64,000 bases of DNA from Paraphysomonas bandaiensis. Its lineage: Eukaryota > Protista > Chrysophyceae. Position 1 is the first letter of the stretch; each line of letters begins with the position of its first letter. Shown one piece after another: positions 1-10,369 of this stretch. A program made the position numbers and the translations under genes. Under the pieces are notes generated by a model, which ran no database searches, was not told where the DNA came from, and saw only the letters and a list, made by a program, of their open reading frames with translations. Where the stretch lies: the NCBI GenBank assembly GCA_965644295.1, contig CBFFRP010000418.1, positions 1-64,000 of the forward strand. Direction: 5' to 3'.

Positions 1-2
1 TC

Positions 3-3000
3 TGGTAATTCCAACTCATCGTACCAAGCATCACCATAAATTCGCAAATCAACATAGGCTAGATCACCAGGTTGAAACTGAGTGATCGGTTGCCTGCGGA
101 AATCCGCGATGTATTTCTTTGCATAGTCAGCAGTATAAATAAGATGGTAAAGATATCGTTTTCGAGAACAGAATTCAGCATAAGGAACGGAATCAAAAAT
201 ATCCTTGCTGTAAGGGACTTCTCGGACATCTCCATCTTGAAAACGCACAGTGAAAACCATGGTAGATCGAACCTCTCTATCACCACGATAATAAAGGATT
301 TCATCAATAACATGTTGATCCTGATCGCGTAAAGCCATTTTATAAGCAGTATCAGAATCTCCCGGAAACAATTTAACATCGCTCACGGAAACACGAACCA
401 CTTGCCCAGTGGCGAGATGTTGACAGTCTACGTCATTCTTGTACTGGGACTTGACTGAGAAAGGTCCCATATACCGGTGAGACATCTTAGGATGAACCTT
501 TGCCCCTTTGTCAAATAAGACAAAATCTCCCGGTTGATACCTATTCTGTCTATCGGGATGCACACCTGTTCCTGCCCTCTCCGTGGCTAACTTTTGCTGA
601 TAAGCTTTGGAAGCCTCTCGGAGTTGGGCTAACTGATCATTAAGCGCAGTGAGTCGAGCATGCGCCCGATCTGGAAGGTCTTTGAGATCCATGTTCAAAT
701 AGTCAAGATCCTTTGAGCCAAACGTCAACTCAAAAGGCGAAAATCCTGTTTCCGAAGACACTTCAGAATTTAGAAGATATTGAACACTTGCTAACCAACT
801 AGGGTCCTCAAAGATGTCTTTTCGTTCCTCCCGTTCACTGTAATCATAGACCAGAGCACGTAGATGTCGAACTACTTCTCCAATAATTCTTTCACATCCA
901 TTTGCATGGCGATTGGCAATACTAAAAGTGTGCCGAACACCCATGTACTCCGTCAACTGTTTGAACAAATCTGAAGTCAAATCCGGTCCTTGATCCGAGA
1001 TTATTAGATCGGTGTGACCGTAATGACTCCAGTATTTCCATATAGTATTCGCAAGATTAAGAGCCGTCACACCTTTGACAGGTTCAAGGTACACAAACTT
1101 GGTGAAAAGATTGACCACCACGTTGATATGTGTATATCCCTCTGCACCGTGCGGTGTAATCTCAACAGCATCTATACCAATCGCGCTACGAGCATTTGGG
1201 GGCTTGAGATTTCGTACGATCGGAATAAGAGCCTCTTTCATAGCCAACCTCGTTTTCACACAATTTGGGCACTTAGAGATATAATCCTCAACAACCTTGT
1301 AAGGAATATTATGACCCGGGAACTCTTTGTTTAAGCGTATCCAGGTAGCCCTTCCCCCCATGTGTCCAACTCGCGCGTTATGAACCTCACGCAACGCCGT
1401 CTCCGGTGATACATGAGATGTTGGAGGGTCCCCAATCTCTCGATCATCCGGGTTCATAAAGTTACCCAGAAAGTTAAAGTACTCATACTCATTACAGTCA
1501 TCCCCCATGAAATAGGCGTCATCATATTCCTCCTCTGGGAATATTCCAGAGAGTATAGCAACCTGATGCTCTCTAGATAACCAGTCCGCCAACCAATTCT
1601 TGGCACCAGATATATGACGAATGCTGAAGTTGAAAGACTGCAAGAATATCCTCCATCGTGTAATCTTTGGAACATCCGAAGATTCCATCCACAATAAATT
1701 GTTATGGTCGGTCTCAATTGTGAATTGCTTGCCTATTAAGTAATAAGCCAAGTGTTTAACACTGTAGAAAATTCCATATGCCTCTTGCTCTATAGTTGAC
1801 CACTTCTGAGCTTGGGCAGAAAACTTTTTGGAAATGAAAGCTATTGGCTGCCACTGTATGCTCCCATCCTCTAATATTTTCTTTTGCAATAACACTGAAC
1901 CTATTCCCAACTCACTAGCGTCAGTACGCAATGTCCACTCAAGATTATAATCCGGATAAAACAGCTCACAAGCGTCTTGTAGTCCGGCGATGAAACGACG
2001 ATACTCTGCCTCGTAGTCATGCCGCCATGTGGACTTATCCCAATTGAAACTCGACTTTGTCATGTCAGTCAAGTGAGCAACTAAATCAGAGTATCTAGGC
2101 GTAAAACTAGAAAAGAATACCCCTTTACCCAGCAACGATCTGGCCTGTTTGGTGTTAGTAGGCATTGGAATCTTGCCGAGAGCCTCCTTCTTGTCGGGAT
2201 TAACCTCATATGACTTGTGACGGCAAACATATCCAAAGAAATCCACCTTTCTAAACCCCAACCAGCTTTTTGGCATCTTAAGTTTCACATTCCTTTCAAT
2301 ACATCTGTCAATGATCTTTTCGAACTTCTCATAAGCATCCTTGGCATCATTAGCCAATATAAGCATGTTATCGAAAATGACTATGGCCCACTCAGAGAAA
2401 TCATCGAATATTTCTCTCACAGTTTCCTGTAAAACACCCGTGGCCGGAGCAATACCCTCTGGCATGAAATTAGGAGCAAATTGCCCCCAAGGCGTCTGAA
2501 TTGATAGGCGCTCAGAAGTTTCATCATCTAATGGAATTTGATGAAAAGCATTTGTTAAATCTATATCCATGTAGAGCGGAAAATTGATAATCTTGTCCAA
2601 CTCATGCTTAACATTAGGAATCGTATAATTTCCCACTTCCATGTGCTTGTTAATTTGCACATAGTCACCACAAAAACGGATGTATGGAGGAGTGGCTTTG
2701 GGAGCAACCACTAGGCATGAAGCCCAAGGAGAACGACTCTTTCGGTAGAAATAGCCACACAGTCGCCGAAACTCCTTCTCCGAAGCCTCCCACAGCTTAG
2801 GATTGATCGGGCGAGCCTTTGGTTTCATTCGATCCGGGAGAGTGCTTTTCCATTTTAGAGACAATGGGTCCACACCTCTCACACCGCTCCATTCGTCAGG
2901 CACGAACACTTTTTCAGCCTTCGTTGACAACAATTCCATAATCTTAGTTTCACTTTTCATTTCATCACTGACATGAGTCTCTATCTGCTCATGATAGTCT

Positions 3001-3761
3001 TGGAGGGCTTCCTCCCTAGACTTTCCTAAGAATGTCAACGCATCCTTGAATTGAACCGGTAACTCGGTTTCCTCATCCTCTGGGGCAATAGCATCACTCG
3101 CTCTTGTCCAGGGGTGCACACGGTCATCAGAGTCAACCGTGTCCCCTGCCAGAGATGACAACACATTCGAATTTTCATTATCGGAGACACCCTCGATTTG
3201 AGTGTCATGTGCCTCACGCATAACAGCGCACATGAAAGGATATAATTTCCCAGTCAGCGCAGGCAACCCCAAAATAATATCATTACTCGTCATATCGATC
3301 ACAAAGAATTCACCCGTATATTGATAGGTGTGACTCTTTGGATCAGTCAGCACTAAATTTAATCTGACTCCTTCATTGAGATCCTTCACCGTTCTACTAT
3401 CCGCCAATACCACACGGTGTTTAGCTTTATAAAAACGGCTCGGTTCTAGTTTGTTCCGCAATTTGTCCACCAAATCCCTCGACACATAATTGGCTGAGAG
3501 GGCTCCAGTGTCACACAATATTTTTACTAACTCCTCTATTCCAAATTTTCTATCTAAAGTAATCCTTCCTATAGTGTGCGCTGAAGAGAAGCTCTTGGAT
3601 GAAGGATAGCAGGCATACAGCTTAGCCTGATCCCTGATACAGACATTGGAGGAATTCGCAAACTCATTAAGATCATTAGAATGCACTGAACATTCATCAT
3701 TCTCATCACGAGTCTTTGAATTGGAATCCTCCTTGTCTGTATCGTTACATCCACCGAACCA
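3..3761 (-). CDS. pol: Pol polyprotein of element A (protease, RT, RNase H, integrase, chromo-like C-terminus), open to window edge
   Basis: Manual translation in the gag frame gives protease LCDTGA (~3501-3518) and DIILG; RT DLTNAFHQ, MPEG and VIFDNML; RNase H TDASELGIG, EQEAYGI and TDHNNL; integrase HNARVGH..CPNC, ISDQG and GCER; and YMGPF. It is missing from the ORF track, consistent with no stop before position 1. Confidence 0.93.
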
Positions 3762-3807
3762 TCAAGGGCGGGAATCACCGAAGTGATCCCTCCTCAAGAT
3801 GGTCGGT
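3753..3807 (-). other. RNA stem-loop spanning the gag stop codon (candidate recoding/splicing signal)
   Basis: Minus strand ACCGA-CCAUC uu GAGG a GGGAUCAC UUCG GUGAUUCC cgc CCUU GAUGG u UCGGU, with a C(UUCG)G tetraloop and the UGA inside the 3' arm. Confidence 0.7.
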
Positions 3808-5570
3808 TGTTTGTCCCTCTGCTCCGAACTTCCCGCAGACTTAAGATACGCATCGATCTTGTCCCGCATTTCGGACGCAGAATCCAACAGACATTTCGCA
3901 TTATGATTATAAGGACAGTCTGTTTTGTCGCACTTGCCATACATGATTTTTCTTAGACACCCATACTTATCGGTCTTATTATTCTGAGCACCAGTTGGTC
4001 TAGCATGCATGGCTGACAGAGACCTATCTGAGTTAAAACGACGCTCCTCATCAACTGCTGCGTCATTACCCGACATTGGTTTCACATCTGTCATCATAGC
4101 GACTTGTTTATCGTCATGTACCTCCAGATTACTGGACCGCCAAGTCTCACTCGGAGCATCCCACAAATCATCATCATTGGGTACATACCCATCATTATCA
4201 TCCCACTCATCGTTATAGTTTCCTCCAGACTCATCGTAAGTATCTAGATGTGCCACTTGCGAAACCCTTGGTTTAGAATCAACACGACTGTTCAACGAAG
4301 GTTTGTTGGACTGTTGAGAGAATAGTTCCTTTCTCCTCTTAAGATAGTCCTCGTGCTTCTGTTGAAACATCGTAGTCGACTCCATAGGTAACTGTCGGTA
4401 CGCGATGGTTACTTGATAATGATCCAAGAGTACAGCCGAATACTCTTTGAAAAATTCGCTCATAGAGTCAAATTTATTTGTCGACATGCACCCCAACACA
4501 TACTTAACATAGGTCCCGTCATTCAAAGTCTTAAAGAGTCTTATCAATCCGTACTCTTTGTCATCGATACGAGGACACCATGTTTTGTTTGAGACCAACA
4601 TGATAGACAACATTGTTTGGAACGATTGCATCAAGTTCAATTGCTGATGATAGAATGCCTCAAAAGTCACAGCATTTACATACTTCCAGTCCATAATTTG
4701 GATATGTTTCAAGGAATCTCTGAGTTCATTATAAAATGCCACGCAATTGAACACCTTGGTCTCCTGAGCCACAATGAGAAGCAAATCTGAAACATCCATT
4801 TGTGCCAGCTGCGCATGTGTGATGCTGTACACATTCCGCAGATGTGCCTTCAAACTGGTTGAAAGTACCTTTTGAATTCGCACCTCAGTTTCTTCTTGCT
4901 CTTGAAACTCTAAGATGTCTTTGATCGCTTTCGCCACTTTACCCAACTTAAAGTCATTGATGCGAACATGACACCTCCTTTCCTCTCTAGTTATGGTAAC
5001 TGTTTTGGCACTAGCCACCTCAGAACTTTTCTTCAAATCCCTGAATAACTTGCCCGCTTTCTTGCCCTTGAAGATGTTATCCATGAGGGTAGGCACATCA
5101 TTAACACCATCACCATCAACATCGGGATTCGAACCATCGTCCTCCTTGTTGCTATCTTCCTCCTGAGGAATAATGCGAAACTTAGCCATGTTTTCCAGAG
5201 TGGAATACCTCGGCTGACGTTTGTGTTTCGACGTGCGTTTGGTAACCTTTTGCCGCTGATGTGAGCCCACAGACGCCTGAGACTGACTGCTCTCACCATC
5301 CTCAACACTTTGTACTCTATCCTCCAATATTTGCATCCTGCTGCTGAGGTTAGACACTGCAGTAGCCACCTCTGTAAAAGACTGAGACATGGCACGAACT
5401 GTATCCAAAATCTCCTGGTTTGGATTGATGTTTGGAGCAGAAGACTCCTGAACGACATCCTGCACACCTCCAGCAGCATCTTGTTTGGTTTCACCACTAC
5501 CAGCGGCTTCCTGATCTTTCCCAGGAGTTTTCTTGCCGCCTCTCCTCGATTTACCAGTCGGAGTAGACAT
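3762..5570 (-). CDS. gag: Gag-like protein of element A (~602 aa) with C-terminal CCCH zinc finger
   Basis: ORF 3762..5597, first ATG at 5570 (MSTPTGK). It lies directly upstream of the protease. Contains CLRKIMYGKCDKTDCPYNH at 3903-3959 and ends in TGA at 3764-3762. Confidence 0.8.
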   Translation of the reverse strand: MSTPTGKSRRGGKKTPGKDQEAAGSGETKQDAAGGVQDVVQESSAPNINPNQEILDTVRAMSQSFTEVATAVSNLSSRMQILEDRVQSVEDGESSQSQASVGSHQRQKVTKRTSKHKRQPRYSTLENMAKFRIIPQEEDSNKEDDGSNPDVDGDGVNDVPTLMDNIFKGKKAGKLFRDLKKSSEVASAKTVTITREERRCHVRINDFKLGKVAKAIKDILEFQEQEETEVRIQKVLSTSLKAHLRNVYSITHAQLAQMDVSDLLLIVAQETKVFNCVAFYNELRDSLKHIQIMDWKYVNAVTFEAFYHQQLNLMQSFQTMLSIMLVSNKTWCPRIDDKEYGLIRLFKTLNDGTYVKYVLGCMSTNKFDSMSEFFKEYSAVLLDHYQVTIAYRQLPMESTTMFQQKHEDYLKRRKELFSQQSNKPSLNSRVDSKPRVSQVAHLDTYDESGGNYNDEWDDNDGYVPNDDDLWDAPSETWRSSNLEVHDDKQVAMMTDVKPMSGNDAAVDEERRFNSDRSLSAMHARPTGAQNNKTDKYGCLRKIMYGKCDKTDCPYNHNAKCLLDSASEMRDKIDAYLKSAGSSEQRDKQPTILRRDHFGDSRP

Positions 5571-8106
5571 GGTTACTGAGAAGAACTTCCGCCTCAAAGA
5601 CTATATCCACCAAACTTTTCCCTAACACACTGAGACAAGCAACCCTGGCAACTCCTAGAACCACTGACCCAGAACTCAACAACACACCAAGACCCCACAA
5701 GACAAATCCCAAAGACAACCCTGCGTAAGAATCCAAAACCTCAACACTCAACACTCAACACTCAAACCCGTTGAACCCGTCGGATTTGTACAAGTGACAA
5801 CAGTTAACACACAGGCGGTATCCACGGTCGATTGACTTCGAAAAGAACCGAATTTCCTCAGTCACCACACTGTGTATCAAACAATCACCACTGAACAAAG
5901 AGCCTAGAGAACAACTACTGACAACTCACACCCAGAGAACAACAGACAACCAACAACAACAGGCAACCGAAGGCAACAGACAACAAGCCCAGAGAATCAA
6001 GCCCAAAGAAGCGTGTCGCAGTTAGTTTCTTATAAGAGTGTGAAACAACAGCGCAAAGACAGAAATTTCTGTACGAGCAGTAAAGTAAATATTTACTATA
6101 ACAACACCCGGTTTGATAACCAGGGTGTTGGCTCGTAAACAATAAAACTACAACAACACCTACACTGAACCAACAAGCACAGTAATAACGGTATTATTAT
6201 TAAAACACTTTTTTCCAAGTTTAGACCTAAACTCAGTTAGTGACTCCCGCGAAGAGTCACCGCGCAATGGTATACCGCTGGCACCCAAGATCACTAGCAC
6301 CAAGCTTTGGTCTAACTTAAAACAAGTGATAAACACCATAGAAGCATATATGCACACACACACACTCCTAACATGGTACAACACACGTGGTGTCATCACA
6401 CCACCACAGGTTGCGTAACTCTTCAAAACTGAAAAATACACAGCAACCTGATAGGGAGTGACTCACCAGCATATGCCGAGAGTACACCGTATACTACGTA
6501 TCTATACCCTACCAGAGACTGAAAACCCCACAATCCAGGAAATACATAAATACGGTACGTATAGTACGTATAGTACGCATACCACATTTGCAATCGAACC
6601 CCAATAAGCCTTGCATAAACACTCGTGCACCTCAAGTGTATAATAGCGACTTCTCTCTTATGATGGTCACATGTACTTGCCCCCCTATAGGGTAGTACGG
6701 GTAATACATGTGTGTATGTATATGGAAGTATATACTGCAACTGCTATACAGGAATACGGGCCCACATAACTTTGATATAAATTTGCAGCAGGTTTCACAT
6801 CGACCGAAGTCACCAGCAGCAGATCCTAGTCGTACATCATCATCAGCAGATAAAATTGGACATCATACCCGAACGTTGGCTCAATATGTAGGTACACTGT
6901 GGTACATTACCAATGTCCAAATGGTGTTGCATAATATGTATCCTGAACACAATGAAGGTCCTAAAGCAATATATAGGGTCCTGATATAGGGTCCTAAACC
7001 AACATAGGGTCCTAAAAGTCAATGTAACCATGCATGTGACTCAATAGCGTGATACTATAGCCACGTAGATAGGGCATGGGAAATGCCACGTGGTCACAAT
7101 AATGCTAGAAAAAGTCAATCATACTTTAAGTATAGTTTTTTCATGCTGGATAGATTGGGTGGATTTTTAATTTCCAAGCTTTTTTTTATTTTTTTTTATC
7201 TTTAAAAATATTATCCGTTTTATCCAAGTTGTCATCTTGTTACTTTTTGGGTGTATAAAATGGATAACTTAATAATATTATTATTTAAAGTATAGTATTA
7301 TTAATATTATTATATAAGCTATAATTATTATATTTAAAGATAGAGTGGAAAGGAAGAGTAATAAAACGAACGTTTTATTACGATACGGAGAGCCCTTCTG
7401 GCTCAGGAAGAATGCCTAAGCGGCACAGAGCGCTCCCCCATCCCTCCGCCTCGCTGTGTTTCATGCTTCCACTTGATGATCCTGAGAAGGAGATGTTAGT
7501 AAGTGAATTGCTAAATAAATAGGTTATTAGATTTCGTGGGGAAACCCAGTACAAATTGGTGGAACTGAATAAACAGTTTGCGTCATTTAGAATTCTACAG
7601 GGTGAGCTGGTATACCTAAACCGGGGTGTCACACCGAGTGCAGCTATGTATATGAAACGAATGTGTAAATATGACAACAAAGTAGCAAATGTGAAGATGA
7701 ATACGCTTACTACTATGCTTTGCAACTGCCTGAGCACCCTCAAGCACTTATCTGAAGACGCCTCCTCAAACGTGTTAAAAGCAAGGCTAGTAACTCAATA
7801 ATAACTGCACATAGAACACAAACAACTCATACAGAACCATTTATATTCTATGAACTATCTAGAAACACAGCAGAGAACACAGAACAATATTCTGCAAAAG
7901 ATTCCACAAGATTTGGTTAATTATGTGGAGATATCCACCTTCTGGAAGATTCACGTAGAGGCCTATAGGAAGAGCCTTAAACCAACTCAACAGCCACAGA
8001 CCAAAAATGCAGTGACTAGCCAATCAGCGTTCAGCAGTAATACATAATACAGCAGCTGTATAGTGATAGTCCCTACATGTACCTATAACTGCAAACAGAC
8101 CACCGT

Positions 8107-8211
8107 CAAGTACAGTCCGTATTCCAGCACCATTATACAGCATATACATATAGACAATACAGCCTGTATTCCATACAGTATACAAAACAGTATAACTCGA
8201 GTACACCAATC
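8107..8211 (+). repeat. Dispersed ~100-bp repeat, copy 1 (copy 2 at 32715-32802)
   Basis: Core caagtaca(g/t)tccgtattccagcaccattatacagcat...caatacag.ctgtattcca...gtacaccaatc is present at both loci. Confidence 0.8.
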
Positions 8212-9138
8212 AGATCTCTCCATTGCTCATACAGCAAAAACAGCAGCACTTGTAATCCGAGAGTGAAGTGTGTCTTCATCCGAAGATAAGATGCAGGCTG
8301 TACATACACACACCGTCCTCTAGAGCCCCCCTTGTAGCATACTAACCACACTGGTCTGTTGTGGTCTATGAATAGTTTAACGCCTCAGCGTGACAAAGGA
8401 ACAAGACTCGGCGGATCAAAGTGGGAGTGGAACATGTGGATTCGACTGTAGAGCAGGAAATAGAGCGTTACTCTATTTATCTATGTATACAAGGCCGGGT
8501 ATCTCATACGCACTGGGAGTATTGTCACGATTCTTAACGAAAATGAAGATCACTGTGATACATTTAATGCAGTCAGTATGTACGAGGTACAACGGAAGAA
8601 GGCATTTAATAGAGAGGGAAAGATTATGATCTTCACATGTTCATTGATGCTGACTGGGCGGGTGATCCGTTGACGAGGAGATCAACTTCAGGTTGTGTTA
8701 CGTTTGGAGCTGGTGGGCCACTATCATGGGGTTCCAAACTTCAGTCTACTGTGGCTACATCGACTATGCAAGCTGAGTATCAATGCTTATATAACGGATT
8801 ACAGGAAATGATATGGTCTCGGGGCGTGACTGGAGAAGTAGGGTTGAAAATTGACGAGCCCACACCAGTATTCCTTGAATGTCAAAGTGCTCAGGATATA
8901 TCTGAAAATCCAGTACACCGTCAACGATCGAAACATACATATTGAGATTAAGTATCATATGATTCGAGAGCATGTGGATCCCGTACAGTTTAATACAGCA
9001 AAGTTAATTCATGTGAGCAGTCGACAACAGATGGCTGATATATATACCAAGGCTTTGTGTGGTCCAATATTCATTGAACAGAGGGAGCGAAATCTTGGGG
9101 GGAAATTTAAGACTACTGAACAATTTATCACAGAGGTA

Positions 9139-9334
9139 CCCAAGGAGACGTTTTTCGACAAAGCGGACCAGTCTGGTCCCACTTTATATTTTTGTATTGT
9201 GTTTTTTCGTATGGAATATGAGTGTAGAGCTTTGAAATTGTGGTCAAAATGACCACAATTTTTTTATTTCGAGTGGGACCATCTACAGTCCGACAAGTGG
9301 AGGGCTGGTCCTTTGTCAAAAAACGACTCCAAGG
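9139..9334. mobile_element. Tc1/mariner-type MITE nested in the Copia ORF end
   Basis: ~30-bp imperfect TIRs (ccaaggagacgtttttcgacaaagcggaccag / ctggtcctttgtcaaaaaacgactccaagg), TA on both flanks. Removing it restores ..TEV-KRAHRN-stop. Confidence 0.8.
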
Positions 9335-9501
9335 TAAAGAGAGCTCATCGTAACTAGTTAGGTGTGAATAAATGGTGGGAGCTAGCTATACAAGCGGAGT
9401 CATACGTCCACCATTGTCCTATGAGGTTTGGTGGTTGCGTATCCGATAGCAATGTTCTTCACAAAGTTTAGAATGGTTAACTACATCCGATTGAGTGGGG
9501 A

Positions 9502-9853
9502 TGTTGAGTTCTGCAATATGATGTGATATATATTGTGCAATTGAAGTAAGTTAATAGTGTGCAATAAGTGAAGTCAACTCATAGGTGTAACGGGTGATTA
9601 TAGTTACAAAGGAATTAAATTCAGTAACTGATGTGTGACTATAAAAGATATAGAACTGACTGATGAACATATGATAAACAGATGTTGCTGAGAACAGATG
9701 TTTCATCAGATGTTACACGAATATGTAGTGAAGCGTTCAGAATAATAATTATAATTTCTTACTGAAAGTGCATTGTGTTCAGCATAGCAAGGTTAAGGTT
9801 TACGTGTTGAGCAAAGTTAACTTCAGTGAAATGTCTTATTCCCTATTCTAACA
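9502..9853 (+). repeat. Copia 3' LTR (352 bp)
   Basis: Starts TGTTG immediately after the PPT and ends CTAACA (TGTT..AACA inverted termini). Confidence 0.7.
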
Positions 9854-9864
9854 CTACAATATTG

Positions 9865-10011
9865 CAGGGCCTGGTAGCTGTTAATGGCATTGGCATTAAT
9901 GGGCCAGTAATGGTAATCCATTATAAATTGCGGGATATTATTTATTAAGGTCATTCTAATTGCCAGGAACTAGACTACCATTAATGGACCAATAATGGTT
10001 ACCAGGCCCTG
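9865..10011. mobile_element. hAT-type MITE (147 bp)
   Basis: Perfect TIR CAGGGCCTGGTA / TACCAGGCCCTG. 8-bp flanks CAATATTG / CAATATTC (7/8 TSD match). Confidence 0.82.
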
Positions 10012-10369
10012 CAATATTCATTTAAAATATTGACCAAAACAAGGTTTGTAACCTCGAAATAAATGCTCGATTCGAACTGTTTTGTCTACTACAATATACA
10101 AGAGTCTATTCTATTCCAGAAATAGCAGCTAAATACTCCGAATATAAATGAGCACAAAGAGGATGAAAAACGAGCGTGGAATTGACAATTAATATTACAT
10201 GACGTCAAGCATCAAGAAATCAAACTCACTAATCTACAGTAGAATTTACTCCACTACATGTTCTTATGTTAATCACGCTACATCTACGCATTCACAATAA
10301 TACCGTTCCAGAAGCAACGGCTTTCGGTTGACTAATGCTTTAATGTCTACGCACATAGAGTCACTGAAT

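Larger units (their letters stand above)
1..6708 (-). mobile_element. Ty3/Gypsy LTR retrotransposon (element A), 3' part beyond window start
   Basis: Minus-strand gag followed by PR-RT-RH-IN, the Gypsy domain order. The right boundary is tentative: the minus strand reads TGTATTACCC from 6708, a plausible LTR start. The partner LTR is outside the window. Confidence 0.9.
8440..9853 (+). mobile_element. Degenerate Ty1/Copia retrotransposon 3' remnant (RT C-terminus, RNase H, PPT, 3' LTR)
   Basis: Frameshifted pieces LLYLSMYTRPGISYALGVLSRF; DADWAGDPLTRRSTSG..WGSKLQSTVATSTMQAEY; HRQRSKH/IEIKYHMIRE; QMADIYTKAL. Polypurine tract gagtgggga at 9493-9501. Confidence 0.92.

Noticed and set aside
3762-3764. 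Gag UGA as selenocysteine
   Set aside because: No redox-motif context, and the 3' UTR where a SECIS would lie is outside the window, so it cannot be supported.
6637-6708. 72-bp TGTAT..ATACA segment as the complete 5' LTR of element A
   Set aside because: Very short for an LTR and unverifiable without the partner LTR.
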